Positions 39,036 to 52,145 are shown, numbered from the stretch's first letter. The stretch is DNA of 64,000 nt from Octopus vulgaris (GCA_951406725.2 OX597829.1:48918001-48982000), one strand, 5' to 3'. Notes: generated by a model from the sequence alone, not told the origin. Program-made: numbers and translations.

Positions 39036-39096
<61 letters not shown>

Positions 39097-39521
39097 GTAT
39101 GTAAGTATGTATGTATGTATGTACGTACGGACGTATGTATGTATGTATGTACGTACGTACATACGTATGTATGTATGCATGTATGTAAGTATGTATGTAT
39201 GTATGTGTGTATGTATGTATGCATGTATGTATGTATGTATGTATGTATGTACGTACGGACGTATGTATGTATGTATGTATGTATGTATGTATGTATGTAT
39301 GTATGCATGTATGTACGTACGTACATACGTATGTATGTATGTATGTACGTATGCATGTATGTATGTATGTATGTACGTACGGACGTATGTATGTATGTAT
39401 GTATGTATGTATGTATGTATGTATGTATGTATGTATGTGTGTGTGTATGTATGTATGTACGTATGCATGTATGTATGTATGTATGTACATACGGACGTAT
39501 GTATGTATGTATGTATGTATG

Positions 39522-39555
<34 letters not shown>

Positions 39556-39764
39556 CGTATGCATGTATGTACGTACGTACATACGTATGTATGCATGCAT
39601 GTATGTAAGTATGTATGTATGTATGTATGTACGTATGCATGTATGTACGTACGTACATACGTATGTATGTATGTATGTATGTATGTATGCATGCATGCAT
39701 GCATGCATGTATGTATGTATGTATGTATGTATGTATGTATGTATGTATGTATGTATGTATGTAT
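38942..39764. repeat. (TATG)n with TACG/GACG variants
   Basis: Direct. Confidence 0.97.
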
Positions 39765-40314
39765 GGTCACTTTCGAGTGCTACTGGTAACATGTAACCCA
39801 GTACTACCTGTTGCATAGTCGGGCCGTCGGCCACTAAACCGGCAACCCTACCAAGCTTGCTTGGTGAGGAGGGTGTTTATTGGACATCCTGCGGAATGAA
39901 AAACAAAACCCGTCAAAGGGCGGAGAAACTCTTGAGAGTCAACGGCCATCCAATAAATGTCTTAAGGATGTATCATGCGCAGGGATATAGAAATAATCGG
40001 ACTGAATACCCGATCGCGTGGTTAAACCATTGGGAGTGAAGGACTCCTAGCCTTTGTTAGGGCATCCTTCTTCGGAGAAGGTAACTCAGGTAACTGGGAT
40101 AACTCCGACATAAAACCTGCGGCTCAGTGGTTACCGATGATGTTGACTTGTTCTTCTTTTCGGATTATGGCTACTGTTGCTTAGTGAGTGGGATTGACTC
40201 AGTGCAAAGCCTTTCCTCACTTTAAAAAAAACCTTCTTGCACAGGAATTGCACGATACCAACATTGATTAAGCTTCGTGCAATGGCCATACTCGATAACG
40301 AGGGGGCAGCCACC
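39765..40314 (+). mobile_element. Non-coding, probably RTE-derived retroelement embedded in (TATG)n
   Basis: GGCAACCC and GGGCATCCTTCTTCGGAGAAGGTAACTC resemble RTE 5' UTR motifs; ends directly in (ATGT)n. Confidence 0.5.
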
Positions 40315-41693
40315 ATGTATGTATGTATGTATGTATGTATGTATGTATGTATGTATGTATGTATGTATGTATGTATGTATGTATGTATGTATGTATGTAT
40401 GTATGTGTGTGTGTGTATGCATGCATGCATGCATGCATGTATGTATGTATGTATGTATGTATGTATGTATGTATGTATGTATGTATGTATGTATGTATGC
40501 ATGTATGTATGTATGTATGTATGTATGTATGTATGTATGTATGTATGTATGTATGTATGTATGTATGTATGTATGTATGTATGTATGTATGTATGTATGT
40601 ATGTATGTATGTATGTATGTATGTATGTATGTATGTATGTATGTATGTATGTATGTATGTATGTATGTATGTATGTATGTATGTATGTATGTATGTATGT
40701 ATGTATGTATGTATGTATGTATGTATGTATGTATGTATGTATGTATGTATGTATGTGTATGTATGTATGTATGTATGTATGTATGTATGTATGTATGTAT
40801 GTATGTATGTATGTATGTATGTATGTATGTATGTATGTATGTATGTATGTATGTATGTATGATGATGTATGTATGTATGTATGTATGTATGTATGTATGT
40901 ATGTATGTATGTATGTATGTATGTATGTATGTATGTATGTATGTATGCATGTATGTATGTATGTATGTATGTATGTATGTATGTATGCATGTATGTATGT
41001 ATGTATGTATGTATGTATGTATGTATGTATGTATGTATGTATGTATGTATGTATGTATGTATGTATGTATGTATGTATGTATGTATGTATGTATGCATGT
41101 ATGTATGTATGTATGTATGTATGTATGTATGTATGCATGTATGTATGCATGCATGTATGTATGTATGTATGTATGTATGTATGTATGTATGTATGCATGT
41201 ATGTATGTATGTATGTATGTATGTATGTATGTATGTATGTATGTATGTATGTATGTATGTATGTATGTATGTATGTTTGTATGTATGTATGTATGTATGT
41301 ATGTATGTATGTATGTATGTATGTATGTATATATGTATGTATGTATGTATTTATGTACGTACGTATGTATGTATGTATGTATGCATACATGTATGTATAT
41401 ATGTATGTATGTATGTAAGTATGTATGTATGCATGTACGTATGTATGCATGTACGTATGTATGCATGTATGTATGTATGTTTGTATGTATGTATGTATGC
41501 ATGTATGTATGTATGTATGTATGTATGTATGTATGTATGTATGTATGTATGTATTTATGTACGTACGTATGTATGTATGTATGTATGCATACATGTATGT
41601 ACATATGTATGTATGTATGTAAGTATGTATGTATGCATGTACGTATGTATGCATGTACGTATGTATGCATGTATGTATGTATGTATGTATGTA
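40315..41693. repeat. (TATG)n, 1.4 kb, with a 204-bp higher-order duplication
   Basis: Variant pattern recurs at offset 204 (41276/41480, 41350/41554). Confidence 0.97.
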
Positions 41694-42110
41694 TTGTGTA
41701 TGAATGTATAACGAGGCGATGGTATTTGCGTTGTTGCTAAATAGAATGAAAATTTTATGAATTAGTGACAGGTTAATCATTTCACAAAGATGTAATGCGG
41801 CTTTTCAATGGCGCCATCTACAGCCTCCAGGACAAATAAACGTTTTTTTATATATGTTGCAGATAGACTTTCAGTCTTGACGACAGTCTGTCAAAGGTCT
41901 TCTTATATTCTATATTAATTAAAGAAACACTACAAAGTATCAGGAAGGAGCTGTTATTTTTATTGAAGAGATGTATTCTTTTCTTTACTGAAGATGTATG
42001 TACTTTATAAGCACATATACTATATATATATATATACTCATATGCTATGTGCTTATACTAAAAACATATATTTAGCTTTGTTGTGAAAAGATAAAGCAGT
42101 TAAACAATAT

Positions 42111-42162
<52 letters not shown>

Positions 42163-42490
42163 CTATCTCTCTATCTCTCTCTCTAACTGGTGTGTTTACT
42201 GAAAACACAAGCTTGTAAGTTTATCTGACATCTCTATTCATATCGAGTGTCGCTGGAAAAATAACTCTGATATCTATCAACATATTATATTATCTTTTCA
42301 GCCACAACCAACTTTTTCCTTCCCGCTCTTTCAAATAACTATTCAAAAACTCAACAGCGACGGCGAGGGAAATTCAACTTGGTTATCAACACAACTGCTA
42401 GAAGAGCAAACACATTTCCTTCAGATCATTTCATTCCGTTTTTTTAAGCAGGAAGACTACACCGAATTGAGCCTCCTTGATATTTTTTTT

Positions 42491-42877
42491 GGAAGCACTC
42501 CGTCGGTTACGACGATGAGGGTTCCGGTTGATCCGAATCAACGGAACAGCCTGCTCGTGAAATTAACGTGTAAGTGGCTGAGCACTCCACAGACACGTGT
42601 ACCCTTAACGTAGTTCTCGGGGATATTCAGCGTGACACAGAGAGTGACAAGGCTGGCCCTTTGAAATACAGGTACAACAGAAACAGGAAGTAAGATTGAG
42701 AGAAAGTTGTGGTGAAAGAGTACAGCAGGGATCACCACCATCCCCTGCCGGAGCCTCGTGGAGCTTTTTAGGTGTTTTCGCTCAATAAACACTCACAACG
42801 CCCGGTCTGGGAATCGAAACCGCGATCCTACGACCGCGAGTCCGCTGCCCTAACCACTGGGCCATTGCGCCGCCTCC
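42491..42877 (-). mobile_element. SINE family C with 12-bp TSD
   Basis: CCTCCTTGATAT at 42472 and 42880. Confidence 0.93.
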
Positions 42878-43100
42878 GACCTCCTTGATATACCATGTTA
42901 AAATAAAAGAATAACGGCTCCTGAAACACGGTCAGTCATAGGTCTGATCGATTAAAATATACTTTGGGCTAATCTGATTTTATCTATGATTGATAAAGGG
43001 AAGCTACAGTATGTTTTAAAATCTATTTCAGAGGGAAAATGTGTGTTGAGAACACAGAACAAAGCGTTAGATACGGAAGAACATATTGGATAATCTATAA

Positions 43101-43678
43101 GGCGGCGAGATGGCAGAAACGTTAGCATGCCGGACGAATTGCTTTGCGGTATTTCGTCCGCCGTTACGTTCTGAGTTCAAATTCCACCGAGGTCGACTTT
43201 GCCTTTCATTCTTCGGGGTTGATAAATTAAGTACCAGTTACGCACTGTAGCCGATATAATCGACTTAATCCGTTTGTCTGTCCTTCTTTGTCCTCTCTGT
43301 GTTTAGCCCCTTGTGGGTAGTAAAGAAATAGGTATTTCGTCCGCCGTTACGTCCTGAGTTCGAATTCCGCCGAGGTCGACTTTGCCTTTCATCCTTTCGG
43401 GGTCGATAAATTAAGTACCAGTTACGCACTGTAGCCGATATAATCGACTTAATCCGTTTGTCTGTCCTTGTTTGTCCCCTCGGTGTGTAGCCCCTTGTGG
43501 ATAGTAAAGAAATAGGCATTTCGTCTGCCGCTGCGTCCTGAGTTCGAATTCCGCCGAGGTCGACTTTGCTTTTCATCCTTTCGGGGTCGATAAATTAAAT
43601 ACCAGTTGCGTACTGAGGTCGATGTAATCGACTGGACTTTCCCCCCAAATTTTGTGCCTTGTGCCTAGAGTAGAAAAG
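43101..43678 (+). mobile_element. SINE family B head-to-tail trimer
   Basis: 183-184-bp units starting at 43149, 43332 and 43516. Confidence 0.9.
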
Positions 43679-43748
43679 TATATGTATGTACCACATCCTC
43701 GCGTTGTTCTTTTTATCGTTGCTTTTTCTTCGTTTCTTGGATCAATTT

Positions 43749-43801
<53 letters not shown>

Positions 43802-44009
43802 CGGGCTTCTTTCAGCTTCCGTCTGCCAAATCCATTCACAAGGGTTTGGTCGGCCTTATGTTATAGTAGAATGCACTTGCCATGCAGTGGGACGGAATGT
43901 GTAACCGCGTGCCTGGGAAGCAGATTTCTATCCATACACCCACCATACACGCGCCTATAGACACACACAAACACACACACAATATAAGGGAAACCCATCT
44001 TAACTTTTA

Positions 44010-44374
44010 TTCTTTTACTTACTGGAGCACCGCCTTTAGTCGAGCAAATAGACCCCAGGACTTATTCTTTGTAAGCCTAGTACTTATTCTATCGGTCTCT
44101 TTTGCCGAACCTCTAAGTTATGGGGACGTAAACACACCAGCATCGGTTGTCAAGCGATGTTGCAGGGACAAACACAAACATATACACATACACATACACA
44201 TATATATATATACATATATACGACGGGCTTCTTTCAGTTTCCGTCTACCAAATCCACTCACAAGGCTTTGGTCGGCCCGAGGCTATAGTAGAAGACACTT
44301 GCCCAAGGGGCCACGCAGTGGGATTGAACCCGGAACCATGTGGTTGGTAAACAAGCTACTTACCACACAGCCAC

Positions 44375-44375
<1 letters not shown>
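44010..44375 (-). mobile_element. SINE family A
   Basis: Matches the other family A copies. Confidence 0.88.
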
Positions 44376-44410
<35 letters not shown>

Positions 44411-44469
44411 ATATACATACATACATACATACATACATACATACATACATACATACATACATACATACA

Positions 44470-44500
<31 letters not shown>

Positions 44501-45321
44501 TTAGCAAAGCTACACAAAGGCTTTATTCCGCCAGGTGCTCTAGTGGAACTGCACAGTGGCTCCAAGGAGGCACACAGCGGGTCTGAACCTAAGGCTGCAT
44601 TAGCCTACGCCTGCAAAAATTCTTTTCAATAATTTTGTTGCTGTTTGCGTTTTGTCTCAATCTCGTTACTGAAACAAGCAAAATAGACTAAAAGGAGAAT
44701 ATTAGTTCTAATTTGTTCAAATCAAAGCCAATAGTTTGGCTGCTGTTTCAGTATAAACCATTAGTAGAAAGGAAAAAAAAAAGTTTTGCTATGTGAATGC
44801 ATCTCATTATATTCTTTATGGAAAACCTTGCAATATTATATAGTAATGGAGAAGAAATTCAGAAGCACGTCTTTGGTTTGTGGAAAGGCTTTAATTAATC
44901 CTAAAATAAACATGAATATGATAATTTTAGAATGTTTAGTCCTTGATTTTAACTGGTCTGTAGTCATCTTAAGAAACCAAATACTTAATGGCTTCCATCT
45001 TTTGTTCTAAATCGTTCAGATGGATATGAATGCTAAACCACGTCTAAACATGTTTGTTTTTTGTGGTTAAAAAAACCAAATCAGGTTTTCGTAATCCTTC
45101 TTTTATGCAAAATTAGCCGTGTTATTTGTAGCTTCTAATATATTTCCAAACGAATTATTCCTTATTAGTTTTTGTAGGAAAATATTTGAAGAAACACGAA
45201 TAAAAATTTTACAAATATCCTTTTAAAAACTTGGAACTGCTAATTTGGTACGTGTAGTCTTCTACAGAAAGACTACGCGATTCATTGCTGATTTTTCTTT
45301 CTTCTTTTTTTCTTCGTTTTT

Positions 45322-45378
<57 letters not shown>

Positions 45379-45388
45379 CGACAGAGAC

Positions 45389-45425
<37 letters not shown>

Positions 45426-45461
45426 GAGCTAGCTTTTAATTTCCGTACCGTACCAGAAGTT

Positions 45462-45841
45462 GGCGCAATGGCCCAGTGGTTAGGGCAGCGGACTCGTGGT
45501 CGTAGGATCGCGGTTTCGATTCCCAGACCGGGCGTTGTGAGTGTTTATTGAGCGAAAACACCTAAAAGTTCCACGAGGCTCCGGCAGGGGATGGTGGTGA
45601 TCCCTGCTGTACTCTTTCACCACAACTTTCTCTCACTCTTACTTCCTGTTTCTGTTGTACCTGTATTTCAAAGGGCCGGCCTTGTCACTCTCTGTGTCAC
45701 GCTGAATATCCCCGAGAACTACGTTAAGGGTACACGTGTCTGTGGAGTGCTCAGCCACTTACACGTTAATTTCACGAGCAGGCTGTTCCGTTGATTCGGA
45801 TCAACCGGAACCCTCGTCGTCGTAACCGACGGAGTGCTTCC
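45462..45841 (+). mobile_element. SINE family C
   Basis: Near-identical to the other family C copies. Confidence 0.93.
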
Positions 45842-46257
45842 TATAATAAGCGTATAGTCAATCGATTAAATCGGTCCTCGTAAATAACTGGTGTTCATTC
45901 ACTAGGCTGTGCTGATCAGAACTTCTTTTATTTTTGCCAACAGACATAGAACATGGCGTTTTGCAGCTCCGACCGTGTCATCAATATCAACTACATGGAT
46001 TACTAAACCAGCGGCCTAACATAAAATATAGCAAAACAGATCGATGGTTTCTGAAGTCATTGTCAATTTTGAATATCAGTTACGATTATAATGATTCACA
46101 GCTTTGGTGAAAATATGGTTAGAGATTATAGGTGGTGCGTCGATTAAATCGACCTCACTTGCACGATCGCTGCTTATTTTGTCAACCACAGAATGTTGTT
46201 TCGCTACTGGCTTGCATTTTCCACTAACCACTTACCGTCTTTCTGCTGCTGCTGCTG

Positions 46258-46315
<58 letters not shown>

Positions 46316-46477
46316 CAACGAATACAACAATAATAATAATCCTTTCTATAGAAGGCACAAGGCCTGAAATTTGTGAGGAGGGGATTCGTCGATTACATCG
46401 ACTCCAGTGTTTCACTGGTACTTAATTTATCGACCCCGAAAGGATGAAAGGCAAAGTCAACCTCGGCAGAATTTGTA

Positions 46478-47680
46478 TCTGGAAGATACTGGAATATGCA
46501 TGGCAAAGGCATATATTTTCCTGGCACAAGAAGAAATAAATATTACCAAAGGAACAAAAAAGATGTAGGAAGAGTTCTCAGGGTACCAAGGATCACCTGG
46601 TCATCGATAAAACAGTTTTGAGGCATTGTAAAAAAACATCATACAAACATGTCTAAGGCTTGGATTGATTTTAAGAAGGCATAGGATATGGTACCTCATT
46701 CTTGGATCGTTGAATGCCTGCAAATTTTCTTATGCATAGCATGAAAGAGTGGAAAACCAAATTGTATTCAAGAAATGTATTCCTTGGAGAAGTTGATATT
46801 AAAAGAGGAATCTTCCAAGGTGACTTGCTTTCTCCGTAACTTTTTGTAATTGCACCAATACCCATAACATTGACACTCAAGAAAGTTAAGATGAGTTTCC
46901 CGATGTGGGAAAAAAGACCCATCATTGAACCATTTTCTGTTTATGGATGACCTAAAATTTTTTAGGAAATCTGAAAAACAGATTTCTTAACCAAAACAAT
47001 CCAGAAGTGAGGAAGGAACATCGGTATGGAATTTGGGATTACCAAATGCTCAGTACTTAATATGAAAAGAGGGATGAAAGCAGACTGCAGAGGATTGCGG
47101 TTACCATCAGGAGAGACAATGGGTGAACCCGATGATAGTGGGTATAAATATTTAGGGATTTGGGAGCTGGAAGACATTCTACACAGGAAAATGAAAATCA
47201 AGGTCAGCGAGGCGTATCAAAAAAGGGTGAAAATGGTGTTGAAATCGAACCTGAATGCCAAAAATTTGATTACCTCAATGAATATCTGGGCAATTGCGGT
47301 GGTCAGATACAGTGCGTCCATCCTCAAATGGATTAAGGAAGAAATATCAACACTGGATAGGACGAGAAAGTTGATGACGCTGCATGGGGTGCTACACCCT
47401 AAAGCAAACGTAAACGGTCTTTATATGAAAAGAGAGAATGGTGGCAGAGGACTAATTAGTATAAACCATTGTATAAGGAGTGAAAGGAGAATGCTTTCTG
47501 AGTATTTGATAAATAGTGATGAAGACCTGCTACAATATGCCGCGAAAGATATGGGTGTAAATGCAGATGGGCAAAGCAGAGATTAACCAAAGAGCTGAGG
47601 AGAAGAGAAAAAAAGATCTTCTTGAAATGAGAATGCATTGACAGTTTGAAAGGAATACACAAGTTCAGTGGAATATTGGT
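46478..47680 (+). mobile_element. R4/Dong-clade RT pseudogene
   Basis: [59 protein letters not shown]. Confidence 0.9.
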
Positions 47681-48184
47681 ATACACGCACAGAATATTAT
47701 GAGTTCAAAAAGGTTTACATTATAGTAGTAGGCAAGCTCAAAATGACCTGGTCCACCATGTTATCGTAAAAGACTATTCCACTGAACTTTTTAATAATTC
47801 CTTCTGGAAACTATCTTTAACATTGCCTTGAGAATGTATATATATATGTTGTAATCTTTCGTGTCCAATATTTTAATGAACTTGTTAAACCTTTTTATGT
47901 CCTTAACATGTTCTTGTTACCAAAGACTGTATATATGTATTTTAGCATTTTGTGACAACCAATAATTAACACAACCAAACTTTTACATGTTACTTTTGAC
48001 AATCTTTTTCTAAAGAGTGAAACCGGTAAAGTAAATAAACATCTTTTAAAATTGCATTTTCAAACCTTCTTTCGTATATATATATATATATATATATGCA
48101 TCCATACGCATATGGATAACAGCGCCGATAGGAAGGAAGTGTAGCCTCTCTTAGACCTGCAACAGATGTATTATATGTCATTTA

Positions 48185-48890
48185 GAAGGATGTGCTTTCG
48201 CTTTCGCTTTCCAGGAACAGGAAATAGCTATTAAATACCTAATAATAGCTATTATTAGGTATTTAATAATAGCTATTTTTTGATGGTATAAAGATACCAC
48301 CAAACCTCCACGATGAGATAGAAAATGTTGGCTATGCTATACCAGTGTGGAAGATATTATCTACATCACCAGCCGCTGCTCCCAAAATGTCTACGAGATA
48401 CTATCTACCCTTGAGAAATGGTATAGTTGCAAAAAATATTCACAGAGGCATCCGCAGGAACGATTGCTCTGATGGATACATCAATCAAAGGCATATCAAA
48501 ACCAGAATGTATTTACACTTAAAACATTGAAATATTGCAGGAACATCCCAATAAAAATAGCATTCCGGTGAAAACACAACAGTTCTGATAATGTTTTTTT
48601 GACAGAGAATAAAATATGCTTCGTTGTTGGAATCAGTGAACGTAAAATTACTATAAAAAATTCAGGAGAAAATAAACCAACTAATGTGAAACTTACCGAT
48701 CTTTAATCCCTACTATAAATAGTCATTTGTATCTACCAACATAGGGACATTTGCAATGTATCTAAAAATTTGTACAAAAATCTAATAAAATCCTATTCTA
48801 AGAAAGAGCAAAATAATTGACGTGTATTATCTAAATCCAATCTATTAGCGCAAAAAAGAGAGAAAATTTCTACGACATTCCAAAGTTTTT
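48185..48890 (+). mobile_element. RLE-type LINE 3' remnant (CCHC knuckle + restriction-like endonuclease)
   Basis: FQEQEIAIKYL, CWLCYTSVEDI, PKMSTRYYLPLRNGIVAK, KHNSSD. Confidence 0.7.
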
Positions 48891-49363
48891 CCACCTGAAA
48901 CTCTTTTAATGGATATATGCAGACACTTGGTTGTGTGTGCATCTACAAATGTAGACACATGTAAAAAGAAAAAATAATGAATTATACGCACGCTTAAACA
49001 CCCAAGTACTACAGATACATGTTCACACAGAACATAAATGTAGGTTCATACACCTACATATATACACTCACAGACTCAAACTACATATATACACTCACAG
49101 ACTCAAACTACATATTTACAAACCTCGAAAACTGTCATGTCACTTTGTTAGCGACCGGCTTGAACTCCATCAAGAAGAACTTAAATAAATCTCAATGCAT
49201 ACATTACACACATATAACCACAAACATACACACATACGGACAGTGCATATACAAATTTAATGCATACATATATGCGAACATGCATACACGCAAACATATA
49301 TACATACATAGAATATACCTGTGGTTCATTTTACGAAGCTCACGATTAGAGATTTATCAGTTA

Positions 49364-49759
49364 CTAGCAGTATCACCCGGCGTTGTTCGGGTTTGTTTCG
49401 ACCCTTTAGACCTGGAATTTTTGAAACGTAAAAGTTTTGCACTATGTAGCTTGTTATTCTCTTTAAGTGAACATTTTTCTGGTTAAAATACACAGACAAA
49501 TGGTGACACAGCAGTCAAAAAATCGTAAATAATAGGGATTTTCATAGAAAAAAAAAGCACCTTTTTAATGTAAATAATTTTTAGTGTTAACATGGTCCGA
49601 TTTGAATTTTCTCTACTACGAAAGGAAGAGCAAGCCTTCTTTTATCATGCTCTCAATTTTGTTCAACTTGCGCCGCAGGGTCTCGGAGGAGATAGTGTTA
49701 GTTGAAGGCTACCAAACCTGGCACACACACAAACAACTTCAGCTTTATATAGAGAGAGA
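49364..49759 (-). mobile_element. Non-autonomous Helitron
   Basis: rc 5' TCTCTCTCTATATAAAG; 3' CCCGAACAACGCCGGG..CTGCTAG, the same terminus type as 18494-18868. Confidence 0.8.
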
Positions 49760-50150
49760 TAAAGATCATGGATAACTTGATTAATAGTGAATCGGGGTCT
49801 ACTTTTCTACAGACACTCCGCAGCGTCCATGCTTTTAACTGGTTCGTTGTATTTGGTTGTTAATATGTACTATAACACAGTTGGCCATAGTTTTCTTTAG
49901 AATTACTGAACGAGTATTTGGCCAGTTGTTTATCATTTAAGCAACGTATTAGCAACGAAGCTTTGCTGATTTGCAAGAAGAGGTAAATGAGAAGTAACAG
50001 TAATTCTAAATATGTCACTAGAACATGGAAATGTCTCGATTGAATTTGCCTTTGGCAAATCCGATATCGGGTTGCGCGTGATAGCCGACAAGTAAAGCTA
50101 CATTGTGTATATTTGTCTATGCTTGTGCGTGTTGTACACACACACACACG

Positions 50151-50205
<55 letters not shown>

Positions 50206-50273
50206 GTGTGTGTGTGTGTGCGCAGTTGAAACAGTAATTAATTAAAATAACCATCTGTGTAACATGAATAATA

Positions 50274-50472
50274 TACGAGGTGATACTGGATAATTCCTGG
50301 CTTCGTGTGAAATAAGATACAGGAGCGTAAATTAATTATGATTTTATACAACATATTCCCTTCTCAGATTTACACACTTATTGCAGCGGTCTTTCAGAAC
50401 TCAGAAGGTTGGCCTCTAACCAGGCCTTTCGCGACACCCTCAAAGCCAAAGACTTTTCAACACCCCCTTGTA
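50274..50472. mobile_element. mariner-type MITE
   Basis: TA-flanked imperfect TIRs TACGAGG.../...CCCCTTGTA. Confidence 0.6.
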
Positions 50473-50763
50473 TAGGCCATTTACTGCACCATTTTTTCTG
50501 AGATAATATCTCCTATGGTCTTACTGAGATAATATCTCTTGTGCTAAAAACACTGTGTACCACCTTGAGCAAGTGTCTTCTAGTATAGCCTCGGGCCGAC
50601 CAACTTTGTAAGAAATTTCCCTAGACCACTACTAGTTTACTCTTTTGCCTGCCGACTTCAAAGCTCCAAGCTGGAAAATGGTATGATCTTAATGTATTGA
50701 GCTTTCTGGATTCTTCTCGAAGCCCTGTTCTTTCCTATTATTATTACATTTTACGCATTTGTA

Positions 50764-50852
50764 TTCACTCTGATGAAGCTCCATGTACTAGATGGAATCT
50801 CCTATAAATATAACGAAAATCGGCATTGGAAGCGGAAACGGCCGTAAGAAAT
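50764..50852 (+). ncRNA. Type I HHR-like motif with long stem II
   Basis: CT-CTGATGA-A-GCTCCATG...CATTGGAAGC-G-GAAAC-GGCC-GTA-AG; stem I weak. Confidence 0.58.
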
Positions 50853-50997
50853 GTTATGTCATTGAAATGTCATGTCATGTTTTGTATTAAAAAATAATCT
50901 ACTGCTGTGGTCCGATTTGTTTGTTTGTTGATCGAAAGTTTTCTTCATTTTTTAATTATTTAAACTTTATATATACATAGGCGCAGGAGTGCCCATA

Positions 50998-51392
50998 GGC
51001 GTAGGAGTGGCTGTGTAGTAAGTAGCTTGCTAACCAACCACATGGTTCCGGGTTCAGTCCCACTGCGTGGCATCTTGGGCAAGTGTCTTCTGCTATAGCC
51101 CCGGGCCGACCAATGCCTAGTGAGTGGATTTGGTAGACGGAAACTGAAAGAAGCCTGTCGTATATATGTATATATATATGTGTGTGTGTGTTTGTGTGTC
51201 TGTGTTTGTCCCCCTAGCATTGCTTGACAACCGATGCTGGTGTGTTTACGTCCCCGTCACTTAGCGGTTCGGCAAAAGAGACCGATAGAATAAGTACTGG
51301 GCTTACAAAGATTAAGTCCCGCGTTCGATTTGCTCGACTAAAGGCGGTGCTCCAGCATGGCTGCAGTCAACCAAGTAAAAGAGTAAAAGAGA
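50998..51392 (+). mobile_element. SINE family A, full length
   Basis: Matches the other family A copies. Confidence 0.9.
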
Positions 51393-51504
51393 GTATATAT
51401 GTACTGTCTTTACTGTCCTGTTTTTGTTACCATTTTTACCCCTCCGCAAAAAATCTCAAATTTTATCTAATTTGCCTTTTGCGGGAAGGAATGTTTCAAA
51501 GAAG

Positions 51505-51566
51505 TCGTGTCTCGCCTTTACCTTCGAAACGTGGAGTAGATGAAACAGAGGCGACTGAAAAAGGGG
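51505..51566 (+). ncRNA. Non-circularly permuted hammerhead candidate (G8A, probably dead)
   Basis: TCGTGT-C^TCGCCTT-TA-CCTTC-GAA-ACGTGG...GAGGCGA-CTGAAAA-A-GGGG. Confidence 0.6.
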
Positions 51567-51748
51567 AATTTTCCTTCGTTGTTTAAGAAAATGTCCATTT
51601 CCTTGGTTTTGTGTTTATGTTTTCGTTTCTCATTGTGTTCGATGTTTTTTTGGTGTCCTGTACCCATTTATGCATGTATATATACATGTAGATGTAGGTA
51701 CGTACATATATGTATGTATATATGCATATGTTTTATTTATTAATTTGT

Positions 51749-51788
<40 letters not shown>

Positions 51789-51790
<2 letters not shown>

Positions 51791-52145
51791 AGGTGCAATG
51801 GCCCAGTGGTTAGGGCAGCGGACTCGCGGTCATAGGATCGCGGTTTCGATTCCCAGACCGGGCGTTGTGAGTGTTTATTGAGCGAAAACACCTAAAGCTC
51901 CACGAGGCTCCGGCAGGGGATGGTGGTGATCCCTGCTGTACTCTTTCACCACAACTTTCTCTCACTCTTACTTCCTGTTTCTGTTGTACCTGTATTTCAA
52001 GGGGCCGGCCTTGTCACTCTCTGTGTCACGCTGAATATCCCCGAGATCTACGTGAAGGGTACACGTGTCTGTGTAGTGCTCAGCCACTTACACGTTAATT
52101 CGGATCAAACGGAACCCTCGTCGTCGTAACCGACGGAGTGCTTCC
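51789..52145 (+). mobile_element. SINE family C in (TA)n
   Basis: Matches family C, with a small 3' deletion. Confidence 0.92.

Noticed and set aside
39765-39850. HDV-like ribozyme at the 5' end of the RTE-like element
   Set aside because: Could not assign P1, P1.1 and L3 convincingly by eye
40131-41780. Long ORFs (549 aa, 487 aa and similar MYVC/HTYI, poly-L/I/N, YLSI ORFs throughout)
   Set aside because: Translations of stop-free microsatellites, open in several frames; not genes
43149-43678. Regularly spaced repeats resembling a CRISPR array
   Set aside because: Whole units repeat with no unique spacers; eukaryotic SINE multimer; no cas genes
45462-45530. tRNA-like sequence
   Set aside because: SINE head continuing into SINE body; acceptor stem not intact
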